Part shown: positions 61,386 through 64,000 of the stretch, piece after piece | Layout of the letters: each line of letters begins with the position of its first letter | Numbering within the stretch: the first letter of the stretch is position 1 | Origin: Eledone cirrhosa | Lineage: Eukaryota | Assembly (NCBI GenBank): GCA_964016885.1 | Contig: OZ024741.1 | Span: forward strand, 280,922,001-280,986,000 | Direction: 5' to 3' | Length of the DNA stretch: 64,000 nucleotides | Made by a program: the position numbers and the translations under genes | The notes under the pieces: model-generated | The model's input: only the letters and a program-made list of their open reading frames with translations | Database searches by the model: none | Told to the model about the DNA's origin: nothing

Positions 61386-64000
61386 AATACATTTACTCAT
61401 ATAGAACAGTTCCACAAATGTTTACCAAAATACATAAAGATAAGCAGGTCTAGTTTCCTGATAATCACCACCTGGAGTATGCTCCATCCACAGATCACCT
61501 CATGCATCATTCATTTTATCTCTGCTAATATCCAAACTTAGTCGTTTTTATGCAGAGGATTAAAAAGTCTAATACGCTTCTCTTCTAGGATGTTAATGAA
61601 GTCAAAAACTAGGTTTTAACTATTTCTAAAGTTTGAGAGCCCCAAACACAGAAATAACAGTCGATCACTATAAATAATAATTGAGGAAATTTGGTAAATT
61701 ATCATACAGACATGTAGTTAGAATGTCTCAGGAAAGAATTGCTGGACATATTTTATGGGCAAAATGAACCAGCAGGAGACCCAGGATCTCGCTGGAAGGA
61801 GTGTTTGGTTTGAGGACTCTGCCCCAATGACCCTCTCAGGAATAAGTGTGCAAAGAAGAAAAGAAGACCTTCAGAGGTGGAAAAAGTAGACAGAAGTGCC
61901 TACTTTTTACACTTTATTTATCCAATTTCGTCAACCATTATTTATAGTGATTGGCTGCTATTACAGTTATTTTCTGTATTTGGGACGCCCACATTTTCAG
62001 CGTTTAAACATTCCCAGCGCTTGAATAATTCACAAGGTTTATTTTAAACAGTATTTAGCAGCTCATGTATAAACCTTGAAAAAGTTTTATTATATTCTTT
62101 CAATTACCAGCCTGGCCAAAACTGGCTCTGGTTCTATGAAACAAAACCATCTATTTTAAATGAATTCTTATTTAAATAAAAATCATTACTATCTTAGAAG
62201 GGAGTCAGGTGTAAAAACCAAACCTGTTATCTTCAATTTGGTGTGTGCCAACCCTTACCTATGATCATGAATCTTGGGTAATGACCAACAGAATACAATT
62301 GTGAATACAAGCAGCAGAAATGGGGTTCCTTTGAGGTGTAAGTAATGTTCAAAATATTAGCTTATTAATGAAGGAGTTGGTTATTTTATTAAATTCTTCC
62401 AAATATTTGATTATTTTCAAAATTAACTAAAACACATAGGCAGTGTCTTTGATGAGAAATATGGCAAAGAAAGTGTTAAAACTGTAGTTATATCCAGCTT
62501 AAGTTTACCTTAAAATCTTCAAACATAAGCTGTGTTCTAGCATAAATATTTATTATTTATCAAACAGTTACTTTTTATTCTTCAGATAATGATGTCTGAA
62601 TAATATTTTATGAACATGTTGAAATGAGAGCTATGTAGTAATGTATTCTAAGAGATTGTAATTCATTTCTTTAGGTTAATGCACTTAGTGAGTAGACTAA
62701 CATTAAAATATTATTTCGGTTTTTTTTTTCTTGATAGCGAGCACACTAAACAGGAGTTATAAAATATCTATTTGGGCAAGTAAAACACACCTGCCGACAA
62801 ATGTTACTGCTGGTAGTGAAACTAATCAAGAAAGCAACAAACTATAAATCACAAGTGTTCCATCACAAAAACAACAACAACAATAACAATCCTCCTTCCC
62901 TCAAATACAAGACAAAAGAAATAAAAATTAAATTCCTGGTTATATTACAGCAATAACCTTTCTTTTTCTACCTTATTGCCATTCTTAAATGTCATTCCTA
63001 TTAATGCTAAGCAGGGTTATTATATTAAGTGAAGTTTCTTCCTCCCATGAAGGAAAATATTTATAGTTACGGTAAAGAAGAAGTTATCTTAAAGTGCAAA
63101 TGAATTATGTATTTTCTGTCTGAATGTGTGTGTGTTTGTGTATGTGAGATTGTTCCTAAGATATATAAATATATTCCCCACAGGTACTTCTGTCCACTAT
63201 TTTCTGCCTCCATGGCTACTTTACCTGATTTTCTCGACTATTGTTTATAGTGACTAATTGTTATTATGGTTATTTGCATTGGGATGCACATATTTCAAAT
63301 TCTCCTAATGCTTTATAAGTCAACCAGTTGTTTATATAAATAAACATTTAAGTAAACAAAACAAAAAGCATTATAAAGCCATTTTCCTCACAAAAGCAGA
63401 AGGCACATAGTTTAGTGGTTAGAGAATTGGATTTGCAATCATGAAGTTGCAAGTTCAATTCCCAAACCAGGCGATGCATTATACCCTTGAGTAAGGCACG
63501 TTATTTCACATTTCTCTTTCTGCCAGGAGTTGTGACCAGTAGATAGTTTCAGTAATGGAAAGACCATTGGAAACCTTGTTTCCTTGGTCCAATTTAACGA
63601 GTTCCACTCCACTCAGTAAGCAAATGAGGTCTAGGATCTTGTCAATCGTTTTAAAAAAAAAGTCTTGTGAGTCCTATAACACAGGCTTCTTTTTTGAGGC
63701 AATGTTTTAAAACCTGGATGGTCTCATGCAGGGATATGGTGCAGTATGTATTCACATACATGGATGAATACTTACAACAAAAAAGGGCATTTCATCCACT
63801 TTTTTCCAGAATTGGTCAAGCATGGAGTGCAATAATTTCACTACAAAAACCTGGAAAGCTCCCATCCCAAGATCTACAAAGTGTAAAGTTTTCACAGCTA
63901 CGGTCAAAACCATCTTACTATATGGTTCAGAATCCTGAACTCTCAGTGTTGCTCACTTGAGGAGACGTGACAGTTCCTACACCAAGATATTGCATGTGGT

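Overview
AT-rich, repeat-dense metazoan genomic DNA. The repeat inventory (abundant tRNA-derived SINEs with a Meta/MESC-type middle domain, RTE LINEs with (CAT)n tails, CR1, Tx1, CRE-like and Penelope-like fragments, many MITEs, long microsatellites) suggests an octopod cephalopod; this is an inference, not a database result. Most ORF-track entries are spurious. Assembling exons by hand from splice signals and phases gave two host genes lying tail-to-tail: a complete HAUS8 (augmin subunit 8)-like gene on + (about 14 coding exons, 26236-48633) and the last two coding exons of an ANKRD53-like gene on - (57553-59889). There is also a pogo/Brinker-type HTH ORF (3056-3286), a decayed Tigger-like 5' segment and possible tektin-like remnants. 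I found no rRNA, true tRNA, CRISPR or prokaryotic system, and I cannot claim a clearly new biological system. The best leads are: RTE retrotransposons with a C4HC3 PHD finger inside the RT-containing ORF; a Naiad-type Penelope element with inverted termini and a possible variant hammerhead; two phase-identical, possibly mutually exclusive exons in HAUS8; and several TE-derived inverted repeats that could be ADAR or back-splicing substrates.
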